A stretch of DNA of 63,999 nt, filler included, from Choristocarpus tenellus KU-1152 (lineage: Eukaryota; Protista; Phaeophyceae), in NCBI GenBank assembly GCA_964200185.2. It is 11 parts of 11 records of this genome, joined end to end, with 100 filler letters (N's around TTAATTAATTAA, not from the genome) between each part and the next. Parts side by side here need not be neighbours in the genome. Positions count along the whole stretch, not along the records: positions 1 to 2,510 come from CAXNAD020027198.1; positions 2,611 to 7,335 come from CAXNAD020013325.1; positions 7,436 to 10,003 come from CAXNAD020026702.1; positions 10,104 to 14,560 come from CAXNAD020014465.1; 7 more parts are not named here. One strand, given 5' to 3'. This document shows, piece after piece, positions 1-12,180 of the stretch. The notes below the pieces were generated by a model. It was not told the origin of the DNA, ran no database searches, and saw nothing but the letters and a program-made list of their open reading frames with translations. How positions within the stretch are numbered: the stretch's first letter is position 1; the number at the start of each line of letters is the position of its first letter. A program made the position numbers and the translations under genes.

Positions 1-1004
1 GTCAGATCTCGGCTTTCATTGCTAATAGTGGGAATAGCCAACCGTTGCCTTCAACTCTGGGCAAGATCTTGGTCAATCTGCACCTCGTTTCCGCCTCCAA
101 CACGTGGCACTGTCGTAACTTACAGACAGGCTGGCATCCTTGACATTGACTTCTTTCAAACTATTTTGCCCCGCAAGCCGCCTCCATTAGATGCGTTCAC
201 CACATAAACCGTATCGTTTGCTCTATTCGATTGACATGCTACCGTTCTTCCATTACACACTCTCCCATTTTTTACGTCACCATCGTCCCCTCCTCTCCTC
301 AACAACGTCCTCCGCCGTGTCCACCACCAGATTCTCGAGAAGGACTCGACTCTACGCGCTTACCTCACCACCTGGGATGGGAAATACCAGGATGTCCTCA
401 ACCAGGTCAACCTCCATAAGGTTCACAGCGGACGGGGCGGCGATGGCGACGGCACAGACGTCGAGAGCAACAACGGATCGGCATCCGATGGCGGTGAGAA
501 AGAAGTCGAGGGAGGGTGCGAACACAAAGGAGGGGACGAGGACAAGAGAGGGGACGGACTGCCAGGCAGGGAGGATACGGGTGAGGGGGGTTCTGTCGAC
601 AGCGTTCCTGGTGCAGAAGAAAAACAAAACGGCCATGGAGGGTGGAATGCGGGCGTTTGCTGAACTGAATGCAATCCTCCACCTACGTCTCGGGGAGTAA
701 TGTAGTTGTAATGGTGCACACGGGGATGGTGGGTAATTAATGGCGTAATATTGGTTTCCATCCAGTCCCCCGAACGACTGACTAGGTTGTCTTGCTTCAG
801 CAGTGCACGCCACCACATCGGTGGATCTTGCGGGGTCCCTCTGTGTGTGGCGCTGCAGTCACTACCCCCAGGTCTCTTTGTTTGCCACTGCCCGAGTGTG
901 TTAGTACATGTCGCAACCGACTGTTGTATCTCACCTGTACTTCGTACTGTTTTGTGCCGCCAATTTCGTGGTCCTTCGTAGCCGTGGCTCCCTGAATTGC
1001 GTTC

Positions 1005-1260
1005 TTGTGCCCAATTAATGATTTGGAAAAATGCTCTTCTGTCTGTTTGATGCTCTCGTTCGATGCCACGCGCGGCAGGTATTCCTGCCCAAAGTGCTCC
1101 ATCACACACATGGGCGAATGTGCCAACGTGGAGATTGTGGGCGATGAGAGGCACAAGGGTCGATTGTGTATCAATTGCCCCGTGGCACAGGAGGGCAGTG
1201 AAGGGACTGGATCGATGGGGAACGAAGCGGTGGGTCGGGGCAGGGGCAAGGATAAGGGTA
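1005..1260 (+). CDS. Probable exon of an unidentified, possibly TE-associated gene with a PHD-like Cys/His finger
   Basis: C-x3-C-x13-C-x2-C-x3-H-x3-C-x15-C-x2-C at 1032-1178, followed by a GT donor-like site near 1258. Nearby GC-rich open frames (about 300-660 and 1735-1920) suggest further exons. Confidence 0.35.
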
Positions 1261-2510
1261 AACGTAACGCAAGGAGCACAGGCGGGTCACCCAGCAGGCA
1301 AAGCCTTTTACGTCCCCCCTCATGCAGCGAAACGGCGGACATGGAGATGTGCATGTGGGTCTCGGCGTGGTTGCACATTATACGGACATACAAGTCATCT
1401 CTGCGTGTTCGGTTTGGCGTTGGTTTGCACATAGGTCTTGGCTGGTTGTACATCATGTGGATTGCTCGTCCTTTGTGTGTTCGGTATGGCGTTTTTTTGG
1501 AGGTTTCCATGGGCCATGGAACTTACCTGTTTGACTTCTCCCCTCCTTCCACGAGATGTATCTGATGGGTCTGGTGTTGTGGAGGGTACGGCTTAACATT
1601 TTGGGGATGCCAGGGAAATACTTTCAGGACCTCACTTAATGATATGATTGCCTGCACCGTTGTTTACGATGCTGTCCTTCTTGTCGTGCTGTCTGTGTAC
1701 TGTGTCATGTGTCACATGATGATGTCCAACCAGGGCTGAGAACACTGCTCTACACGACCTTCACCCTCTCGACCCAACGCTACCCTTAGACCGCCTGAAA
1801 GAGTTCGCCTTCCGCAACGCGCAAAAGCTCGCCATAGTGTCCATTGCCGCCGAGCCAAGACTCCTCAACGACGAAGAGGCGACCAACACCCACTTGCGCC
1901 AGGTGATGAAGTGCTTGCAGGTGAAGATACATCCTCAGGGCACCATCGTGCTATTTGTACCCCACCCGTGGGCCGTGCAATCACACCGCCTACACGGTGA
2001 GTTGCAGAGTTCGCCAGCGCTGAAATACAGGGTTTATTGATGGAGACTATTGCAATCCGCCATGGCCATTATCAGTCCGCCCGTGTGTCCATCGGAAACG
2101 GTGGCGGCCGTTCAGGAGATGCGGATTCTGTCGCGTGTTTTTCTTTTTCGCTTTCCCCATGTTGTTTCATCTTCTTCGTACCTTGTATTTCCTTTTGTGT
2201 CTTTTGCTCTTTCCCCCCGGGTCGTTAGTAGTTCTTTGTTTCATTGTCCGCGAATCGCATGCTGGTGTTACTTGTCTTCACTAAATTATTTTTGCCGTCT
2301 TTCCTTCTATTACAGAATTTCCTATTGTTTGCATTTTTGCATTTGTTATTTGGCTTGCGTTCCACACTCGTTGTACTATTATCATGTGAGTGGTATGCCA
2401 TTTCATGAAGCCCAACGATACCGTACTTATGTGCTGTCACTGTCAAGTTTGACGCATGCCAGACCCACGCGCTCGCTCCCGCCTTCTCTTCATTCAGGGG
2501 CTCTTATGGC

Positions 2511-2610
2511 NNNNNNNNNNNNNNNNNNNNNNNNNNNNNNNNNNNNNNNNNNNNTTAATTAATTAANNNNNNNNNNNNNNNNNNNNNNNNNNNNNNNNNN
2601 NNNNNNNNNN
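2511..2610. other. Artificial contig linker (N44-TTAATTAATTAA-N44); identical linkers at 7336-7435, 10004-10103, 14561-14660, 17185-17284, 19791-19890, 31457-31556, 48913-49012, 51725-51824, 55423-55522
   Basis: Ten identical 100-nt N-padded cassettes with stops in all six frames; a standard concatenation spacer. Confidence 0.98.
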
Positions 2611-2945
2611 CCGTAGCTATTGCCGTGTGTTGTTTCTGTTAGAACGTGTAGATACAGAAGCCTTCCTCCAAGCACAGACACCAAAGTAGAGCACTACAGT
2701 TGTACAATTCACAACCATACTGTTATCCAATTGTGCTGATAACCTATCACCAATATTCAAAAAGATGTATCTCAGTCTCTCTCAAATTATGCAATGCATG
2801 CCTTCCTCATTTCCCTGATATTCTACTTCCTCCTATTTCAATTGAACCAGATAAGCAAAATGCTGTGAAAGCGTTGCTAATTGTAAATTGAGAACCTAGT
2901 GGAGAACAAAATGCTCTGATCAGTGAATGGTTCATTCTTGGTCAA

Positions 2946-3127
2946 GGCTCGAAGTATCTGTGGGGGGGGGTGGCGGCTGTCCATTTGGGGCCAATTTTTT
3001 TATGTCGCGATTTTTGGTGATTTGGTTGCATACGTCGGATGGATGATGTAAGTGCGCTTTCCCTGGTTATGACCAAAATGGACACCTTGGTGCAGATTCC
3101 CCCCCCCCCCCACAGATACTTTGGGTC
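2946..3127 (+). mobile_element. Short MITE, family A (~180 bp)
   Basis: TIRs GGCTCGAAGTATCTGTGGGG...CCCCACAGATACTTTGGGTC, flanked by a TCAA/TCAA 4-bp duplication; homologous to 3436-3619. Confidence 0.88.
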
Positions 3128-3435
3128 TCAAAGTTCATACGACAGTGACAAATCACCTATATTCTCACTTCCCTGCACTAAACTCTGCTTCACCACCACC
3201 CCAAAATCTTCCATTCCCACTCCCTCCAACAATATCCCACCTCTCTCCCCAAAGTCACTACAGGGACACTCAAGGTGCAGTACGCTACAATGAAATGCAG
3301 TGTTCCCACGTCAGGCACACTAAGGTGGAGGATACATCATCTGATCAGCTTGTGGGAGATCTGCAGAGAATAACCGAAGACTTCATGATCAGAAGCATAT
3401 ATAGTCTCCACCTCTCTGCTTGCTACGATACATCC

Positions 3436-3619
3436 GACCCAAAGTATCTGGGGGGGGGAGGGGGTCTAGTCTACACCAGGGTGTCCATTTGGGCCATGAC
3501 CAGGAAAGGTGCACTTACATTATCCATCCAATACATGCAACCAAATCACACAAAAATCTTGACATGAAAAAATTGACCCCAAATGGACACCTTCCATCCC
3601 CTCCCAGATACTTTGAGCC
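3436..3619 (-). mobile_element. Short MITE, family A, opposite orientation to 2946-3127
   Basis: GACCCAAAGTATCTGGG...CCCAGATACTTTGAGCC with an ATCC/ATCC 4-bp duplication. Confidence 0.88.
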
Positions 3620-3981
3620 ATCCAGAACCTTGGGCAGGCCTTTGTTCCTTTGTGCACAGTTGTTTTCTTCTTATCATGAAGTCTTTGGTTATCCTCTGCA
3701 AGATCCTTGACAAGCTAGGGAAGTTATACTCCAGTAAAGTCTGCCTGGTCTGAGAGTGTCACATCAACATATGTGCTGCACCTTGAGTACCTCACTCTCT
3801 GTCCCTGCTAACGATAATCCATTCATAACCTTGAACAGGCGGTAATTTTTGTGCATACCATGTTTTCAATTGAAACGTAGGAGAAGATGAGGACAAGAGC
3901 GGCACGATAACAGCAAGGAACCTGTGTAGTGTGATGTTTGTATAAAATGTACTCCCCCTCTCACAGCAGAGTTGATCATAC

Positions 3982-6307
3982 CTCTTCTGCTGAGCAGTCC
4001 TGGACAGAACGGGCTCTCTCTAGGTCTTTGAAGAGTCTCTCCTTGTCTTCCCGTAGTACCATGATTATGTTGTCCTTCCCCGCCACCAATCCCTCAATCA
4101 TTGGTATTCTCAAGCGTGCCTTTAGGTGAGGTTGAACCAAACCAAGTTTGGGACGAGATGTATGAGGTGCAAAGGTGGAGCATGTTTCATGGAGTAGGCA
4201 CAAATTTAAGGACAAATGACTTGGTCCTATAGGCAATAGGGGAAAAGGGTCAAGCAAGTAAAATTGGGGCAAATAGCACAAAAAGAGAATACAGAGCACA
4301 TGATTAAGCGTTGACTCTGGGGGAGGTCAATGTGCATCTTCTTGACATATGTACCATTGCGGTGTCAAACCGAACTAACTGTGGAGCTGCAGTTTGATTG
4401 TAATGTGTCCAAATCTGTACATAAGCATTCTGCACAAATATTTTGTCCAGTCAAAATACCGCAGACACACATACAGACGCTCATCCTTTGTGCCAACATA
4501 GTACCGTGCCACTCTGTAGCACTGCCTTGGACTACACTGGTACAGGCTGATCCAATAAAAAGCCTTAGAAAACCAATAATCGCAAATCAAGTGTAGAACT
4601 ATGGTCAATTGGGTTGGAGAGATAGGGAAGTTTGGATCCTCTTGCATTCTAAGCCATCTCTCTTACCTTGTGCAATGCACTCTATTTCATTGCATTATAT
4701 CCACAATAGTGTACACAATATTGATATCCCCTTTCGACATACATAGTGACACCACAACTAAGCAAAGTCTCATTTTGAACTTGTACAAAGTCGCATTTTT
4801 TAATCCTTTCTCGGGATGCTTAAAATTACTTTTAAAATACAACCCTCCCTCCCTCTCAATCGAATTTCGTGGTAACATACCCTTGACATAGAGGACTCTG
4901 TTCTGCTTGAGGAAATGCCACAGAAAGGTATGATCGATAAACTTGCTTGATTTGGAACCTCGTTTGCGGATGGATGGATGGATGGATGGAAATATCGTTG
5001 AAGTTGACTAGATGTGCACAGTCTTTGCTATCTTGTTCCAACTTGACTGTGGGTAGAGTTGGGCATCATGACCACCAGTTTGAGACCTACAGTTGAAGAT
5101 ATTGTGTGCTTCTTGTTTTACAGTTCCCAATGTGCAGAGTGACTTTATGTCTTGAGTGAGGTAATATACTATACCTCAACACAATGAATAATCAACACCC
5201 CAACTGCAATCAGGGTTTCAAGTTCAGTGACCACCTATCAAGAGTTGGATCTTCTCGGGATTTATCAAACACTTCGCATGATACACATTGTGTCCGATCT
5301 CTGAACGCTCGAAAAACCACTATGAAAATTGGAAAAATTGGCAAACCCCGTTTGGTTGTCAAGTATGACATACAGCTGTTAGTTCAAATTTGTAGAGATC
5401 TATCAATGTGATATATGTCCGTTGAATATCAATTCAATGTAACCCAAACAGTTGGGTCCTTAAATTGAAGATTGAATCGTTACTGTTGTAGTTGTGGTGT
5501 GACTGTGAGTATTCAGTTTCAGACAAATCAGTCTGTGTACATGTACAACGGAGGTTTGACAAATACCCTATGTAATACTCACCAGACACCTCTCTTTCAC
5601 TAAGACCCTGATCACTTGGTACACCCTGCCAAGTCAGAAACAAACACAAGGAAAATGGCCATCAAGTACACCATTTAACTGCAGGATTCTACCACCAAAT
5701 GTGTTTTGCCATGTAATTCGATTGACTGCAGTATTTCCCCTCCCCCTCTTCACCCTCCATCCCACCCGCCTGGATTATCCACAATCCTTACCTCCTCCAC
5801 CTCCTTCTGCTGCAGTCTGATGGCCTCCATAGCAGTGGCAATCTTCATGAGATGTGCTTGCTGTGTGAGCAAGAGAGGTGGAGGTGAGAGTGCAATAGAA
5901 ACAATATGGATAGGCAGAAAAAGACAGGGATTAGGAACAATGGAGAGGGTGCTAGGAGGGACTATAATACTAAGGTCAAGCATCAAATCTCCACCTACCT
6001 TTCTCCTTCAAATTGATTCACTTGTGTGAGTTGAAAAATGTAAGGAACAGTAGTTGAGGACATGGTGCAGAACAAATATTGAATTACCCATTTGCCAGGC
6101 TGAGCGAATAGGGGTGCATTTGGCCCGTCACATCCCCCAAGCTTCAAGGTCACTATCATTTACCTTGATATCAACTATGACAAGAACAAGCCCAAGTATA
6201 AAAGAGAGGAACGGTGGGGGGAGACTCAAGCTAATCTCACCTCTCTCACTGAGGCAGCTTTCAGAGCCTCTTCCACTTCCTTCAGTTTGTCCTCTGAGCT
6301 CACCAAC
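3982..6307 (-). CDS. Internal exons of an unidentified charged, coiled-coil-like protein (partial)
   Basis: AG/GT-bounded exons 6241-6307 (LVSSEDKLKEVEEALKAASVRE), 5792-5860 (QAHLMKIATAMEAIRLQQKEVEE) and 5583-5625 are phase-compatible in series; 3982-4119 (ARLRIPMIEGLVAGKDNIIMVLREDKERLFKDLERAR...) is a further candidate exon. Confidence 0.55.
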
Positions 6308-6480
6308 CTATGACAACACCGTGAACCAATAAATATCAGGGTAAGATGAGCATGGTGTGGAGAAAGCTGGTAAAGACGAGAAATGAAGGACACCCTACGT
6401 ATCAACAACAAAATTGATTTGATCCCTCAGCCATTGCATGTTCTTCCACATCAATGATGCCCAACACGCACAGAGTACCA

Positions 6481-6738
6481 AGCCAAAGTATCTTAGAGGG
6501 TAGAGTCGCGTCCATTTGGGGACTAAAATCTAATGTTACGATTTTGATGTAATATCGGCTATTTTGTTTGTTAGGAAGTGTCAATATCCATGTTTTGATC
6601 ACACCTTTGCATAACGTATACACTTTCCCTACTCCGAACCATTTTGGAGTAGGGAAATGTCATAAAAGAATCTGTGGGAAGCCAAGCCCCAAATGGACAA
6701 ACAGGGAAAAATTCGTACCCTCTAAGATACTTTCACTC
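6481..6738 (-). mobile_element. Long MITE, family B (~258 bp)
   Basis: TIRs AAAGTATCTTAGAGGGTA...TACCCTCTAAGATACTTT; homologous over its full length to three other copies in the window. Confidence 0.88.
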
Positions 6739-6929
6739 ACCATTTTGAAAACATACCATACATGCACCAACCTCTTCCCCCTCCCTCCTATCACATCTCT
6801 TGCACCCAACATTTTTTGAGTGATTGCTAACATCAGGTTACCAATCGGCCTAACAAATCCTCTGCTCAGTCACGGTAGAAATTTATGGCACAACCATCGA
6901 CCCTACAGCCCCAAATTGGTTTTACATAA

Positions 6930-7188
6930 GAGTGAAAGTATCTTAGAGGGTACGAGTTTTGCCCTGTTTGTCCATTTGGGACTTGGCTTCCCATGGGTTT
7001 TTTCATGACATTTTACCTACTCCAAGATGTTTAGGAGTAGTAAAATGTATACGTTATGGAAAGGTGTGTCTGGAATATGGATATTGACACTTCCTAACAA
7101 ACACGATGGCCAAAATTACATAAAAATCGCAACATTGGATTTTGGCCCCCAAATGGACGCAGCTCTACCCTCTCAGATATTTTGACTC
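6930..7188 (+). mobile_element. Long MITE, family B
   Basis: GAGTGAAAGTATCTTAGAGGGTAC...TACCCTCTCAGATATTTTGACTC flanked by ATAA/ATAA. Confidence 0.88.
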
Positions 7189-7435
7189 ATAATTGACTGA
7201 GCCGTAGAGATCTTGACATTTTTTCAAATGAAGGTGCAGAGTGAGGCACTTTGTAAAACACCTAGCCCCTTCTCCATTTCGGAGTTGCGCATGCATGCTT
7301 TTCTTCCATCACCAAATCATTTCCTCATGGGAGGCNNNNNNNNNNNNNNNNNNNNNNNNNNNNNNNNNNNNNNNNNNNNTTAATTAATTAANNNNNNNNN
7401 NNNNNNNNNNNNNNNNNNNNNNNNNNNNNNNNNNN

Positions 7436-7460
7436 CCCCCCCTCCCAGATACTTTGGGTC
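7436..7460. mobile_element. Family A MITE end at a contig edge; other partial copies at 8651-8696, 9966-10003 and 63939-63977
   Basis: Same CCCAGATACTTTGGGTC / GGGTCAAAGTATCTGGG terminus. Confidence 0.7.
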
Positions 7461-10181
7461 TTTACATTGCAATTTGAGCCTTCGAATTCGAAGCCTCTAT
7501 GTCGCACAAATTATAGGAACATACAGGAATTGCAGGTAGGTGACAAACTCGAGGTTTCACCAGCTCAAAAACGCAAGTCATAATCAACTAGAGATTGATG
7601 TTGCTGAAGTAGATGGATAGACCTACATTTTTAAGGTTCACATTTCGCAGGCCTTACAAATGTGGAATAGGTGGACTTTCGGGACAATGTGCATCAGTTC
7701 TACAGACTCCCCTCAAAACTCTATCTCTCAGTGGATATTTTCCCACTGCCCCCACTTGGTGCATTCACCATTGGTGATCCTGTGTTGTAATGGATAGAAG
7801 AAATTGATAATACAATAATAAAAAGCGTAAATAATATGTGTAGTTGTAAGTAAATAAAAAATGGAAAATGGAAAATGGAAGATGACCTCCGTAGATAAAC
7901 CAGTTTGCTGATTCCACCGTGAAAATATCAGCTTGCTTGTTTGTGAGATGACCACAGTGTTGTGGACGATTTTTGAAGGACAGTGTTTTGTTCTGTTGTC
8001 CGGTCTCCAGGAAAAGGATGTGAAGGCACAATCATCCACAATGATTTCCCTTTTGGAAGCATAGAATTGCATCAACTCCAACCACCAAGTGTGTGATAGT
8101 TAGTGTACAGATAAGCTGTAAATGTACACATCAAATCTCTGAGAGTATTTATGGTCAAAAAGCGAACAAAAAACTTTAGAAAGAGAGGTTTCAACATTTA
8201 TGTGTATATTATGTTTGTTGACATCCTAAGAAATATATTCTACAGAACTTATCGCAATTATTATTAGTACTCTTAATAGTATACTATTGATGTTCTTGAA
8301 ATTATTCTTGTGAATCCAAATACTAGACATTCTTGGATGCCTCCTTAGCTCCTCCCCCCAGGGTACATGTATAGGTAGATTGGAGACACAGGAAGGAGGT
8401 AGTACAACATAGTGGTGAAGTAACAAATAGATTAGTGTCTTTCACATTTATGGCATTTTATTTCTTTAGGGCTTATACTGACATATGTATAGTTTTCATT
8501 AGTTTCCCCGCTGACACATCTCCAAAATGTCAGAGGCATAATAATAAAAATACTAGACATTGAGGAGTGTTGATAGCATTAATAGTTTTGAATTGTAACG
8601 ATTGATGCATAATTAAGAATGATCACGATCGAAAATCGATGGGGAATATAGGGTCAAAAACGGACGCCGGCACCCCCCCCCCAGATACTTTGATCCATTC
8701 GATTGGATCATTTCTCACTTTTATGGATGGTGGGGAATTTGTTCGAGAACTCCATTACACTTCGCACTTCACGCGACTTTGTTCGCGCCCTGCGCGCATT
8801 TTCGATTCTATTAGAGTACATTCAAAGCTTTTTGAGTCAAATAAACTTTTCCCAAGTCTTTCGAATTTCAACACCATTGATTTCAGAATTATTTCTGATG
8901 GATATTTATATATTGGTTGGTGCTCATCGAACTTGACTTTCTTGTATTTTTCAAAATTAATACTGTTCCCTCTGCACCAGCGACGGTCGGACACTCTCCT
9001 ATCAACCAACACAGACCAGCAATGTAAATTAGCGTCAGAAGAAAAGAGAGATTTCTGAGGCCTTTCTTCCGTACTAAGAGAACAAGATTCATCATTCCAC
9101 ATGTTGGCCCAATCAATTTTCCACAAAATCAAACTAATGTTCTTCCCCTGGAGAATGGACTGAACTGGCTCATTGGGTTCTAAGCTGCCTTGCCATTCGC
9201 TGACGTTTTAGGGAGTCTCAGCTTCACAGTTTTCTATACCGTACAAATCAAACCAAAAACATAGGAACAGAAGTATGTAGACTTGCCAATTAGACCACTT
9301 GGCCCTCTTATCCACACATGTTCCATTGTTATCTTGCGCAAATAACTGTTTTATACTGAGTGTAAGAAGTCCAACCCCCCACAATCACAGGGTTATTGTG
9401 GTGCCCCTGCCCATGTTCCCTCTAAACTTGTCTGTGATATCATGGACTATGGTGAATCGAATCGGAGTTATGAAATCTAACCTTACGTATACACAGGGGA
9501 TTTTTCTGGGCGAATGCATTCCATTGGCTATTTTACTAAACACAACACACATTTCCATCATACATAGCATGGGTGGTACGTGAGTTGCTTCTTACACATG
9601 TTTCCTATCGCTCCCTGCAATCTCAGTGGTGGTGGTAGTGTAGTAGTAGGAGCAGCACCTGTATTGTCATTCAATAGAGTTTCCTTGCTGTTTGCTAGAA
9701 GTAGGTCGAATATTTCTGACCACTGAAAAGCAAAATTAAGTAGAAGCCCTGCAAAACCAAGTAGAGCTCTGCTCCTAAAGAAGATATGTATACCATCAAT
9801 GAAAATTGACTGTTGTACATTTTGGCTTTGTGTGTGTGAGGGTTATAAGCAATAAATGATCGTAAGAAAGGATTGCTGTGGTTGATCTCCTTTTATAAAG
9901 CACCCAGTGAGTATACTTTGGAATAGGACCCACTGTCTTTGTATTGAATATCTTCAGTTGGATTTGGGTCAAAGTATCTGGGGGTGGGGGGTGGTTTGTG
10001 AGGNNNNNNNNNNNNNNNNNNNNNNNNNNNNNNNNNNNNNNNNNNNNTTAATTAATTAANNNNNNNNNNNNNNNNNNNNNNNNNNNNNNNNNNNNNNNNN
10101 NNNATGGCGATGTATGGGTGCACAGGAGATACGGAAAAGGCAAAAAAAAAGTTAACCGCTGCAACAGCACCATTTACCAAC

Positions 10182-12107
10182 CTTTGGAGCTCTGGTGTCC
10201 ACTTCTCCTTGGGCACAATCTGCCTGGTGCGCGAGACAACCATCTCAGACATGTGCGCGTCCGATTCGATATCCTTGTAGTCTCTCGCCGTAGGAACCTT
10301 CGCGTAGAACGACTTGTACCTGCACAAAGAGAATGGCCATGAAGGACGCCAACAAGAACAATGCGCAGGTTATGAAGAGGAAAGGGTCGCCACTGCAGCA
10401 TTTATTCATGGATCGATTGTCGTACTTCATAAAAGGTAAGAGCGCACATACACAGGAAACACACACTGTTTGTAGAATTACCACAATACTACGAAGGGTT
10501 TTTCGTGCGACACAACAATGGCCGACTACATTCTTCATCGCAGGAGACAATTATTTAATGTTCCTGTGCAATGTGCTGCGACCTGCACAAATTGCGCTTA
10601 CTGCTATCTACACGATAAAACAGTGGCATTTTGACTTGCCTAGCAAGCAGATGGATGCATAGCCCCTGCTTGAGAGAACTGAAGGCGGCAAACTCCTCGC
10701 AACTCAGATAGTTCAGTGTGACTGCGTTGCGGCCAACCTGTGGTAACGAGGTCTCACACACTTCCTTCAGTACCTCGAAGGACTCTGGTCAAAGGGACTT
10801 TACGCCTTGCTACCAGTTTCGTAGAGTTGTTTTCGCCGGGGGAGTAACGCCCACCTTCGCGATGGGAAAACGGAAAATATTATGCACCCAGCCAGCAAGG
10901 ATGAGGCATCGTTATTACCACACCAATGGGGTATGTGTGTGTGTGTGTGTGAGGGGGGGGGGGTTTCAGGCAACACCGTCGATGAAACAATCAAGGACTC
11001 TTTTTATTGCTTGTCTGTGGTTAACCACACATACATACTACATGGTCACCCGAAAATCAAGAAGTTGGTTGACAGGGTACCTAAACGCGGGATAACTATC
11101 TCAACTTAGGTTGAATAGGAGGACACAGAGAGATTTCACAACAGCTATAACCCAACTAGAGGAGGAGTAGAGCGCAACCATCCCACCAATGTCGACAACT
11201 CCCTCACCTTTTTGTACATTTTGCGGATCTCTGCTAGTGACACTTCTTTTTTCTTCGTCTGTTGCTTGATAGCTTCTTGGAGCTCGTGCTGAAAATATGT
11301 CTTATCGTATAGCGTGCGCTCAACCACACTCTCGGTCACGTTGTTGAATGCTATAAGCATGGCGGTGCAGTGGGCGAATGGGACAAGTGATAGGTGGGGA
11401 GCGGTCGCGGGACACATGCGACATGCGGTACTGAGCAACATGTTGCTGTGGACAGGAAGACCACGAGGGATAAAAAAGATGAACAACGAAAATATCCATA
11501 ATGGGCTCCCTGACGATGAACCAAGCAAAGGAAACTCGGCAACAACTTCGTACATCAGAATAGTCATCAGGCGATCATGGATCAATGAAAGCACTCAACT
11601 TACTTTATTGCTTAGTTGATCAGAATGGTCAAGCTAACATGGAACAACGAAAACACTCCATCACCCACCGTTGGCAATTGGCCTCTCTTCTGCTTGGTTG
11701 AACTCCATGTAGATCCGCATCATGAAAGCACGTTCGGGACCAAACTCTCTCTTCAACACCGTTATTCTATGGTTTCCGTCCAGTGTACGTCCTGGAATGG
11801 CAAGCGCAGTTTCAGCATTGAGCTGGTCCCCATTACCAAAACAATCTCGCTGGATTACGACGCTTGTAGCAAACTGCTCCAGCCAGCCTTTCTCCTGTAT
11901 AGACTTGCTGACGTGTGCAAGGCCACGCTGGCTTAGGGGACGCACCGTCTCCGTGCATGTGATGTTGCCGAGTTTCATCCGGTACGTGCCGAGGTAGTGA
12001 TGCTCTATGAGCGAGGACATGCCCTTCAGATTGCTGTCCCACGTTCTCGATTCGTGGGCAGCGCCATCGGTGGGCGGGTGGGTTATTGTTGAGGGAATGC
12101 TGGACAT
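10182..12107 (-). pseudogene. Spliced ParB/Sulfiredoxin-like domain gene with putative HTH; two in-frame stops in exon 3; 3' end cut by contig edge
   Basis: Phase-consistent exons 11669-12107, 11208-11350, 10640-10854 (GC donor) and 10182-10319. Peptide motifs: VRPLS..GLAHVSKSIQEKGW...VVI...TLDGNHRITVLK...IANAFNNVT (ParB-N-like pattern), then SLAEIRKMYKKVGVTPPAKTTLRNW (HTH-like). Stops TAG 10810-10812 and TGA 10789-10791. Confidence 0.65.
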
Positions 12108-12180
12108 GGCGAAGATTGGGAGGGTGTGACGGGGATGGATAAGTAAGAGGTCCGCGTGGTATGTATGGAAGGTGAATGAG

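Noticed and set aside
191-1565. Many overlapping 120-240 aa ORFs on both strands
   Set aside because: Expected from locally high GC; only the Cys/His frame shows a motif.
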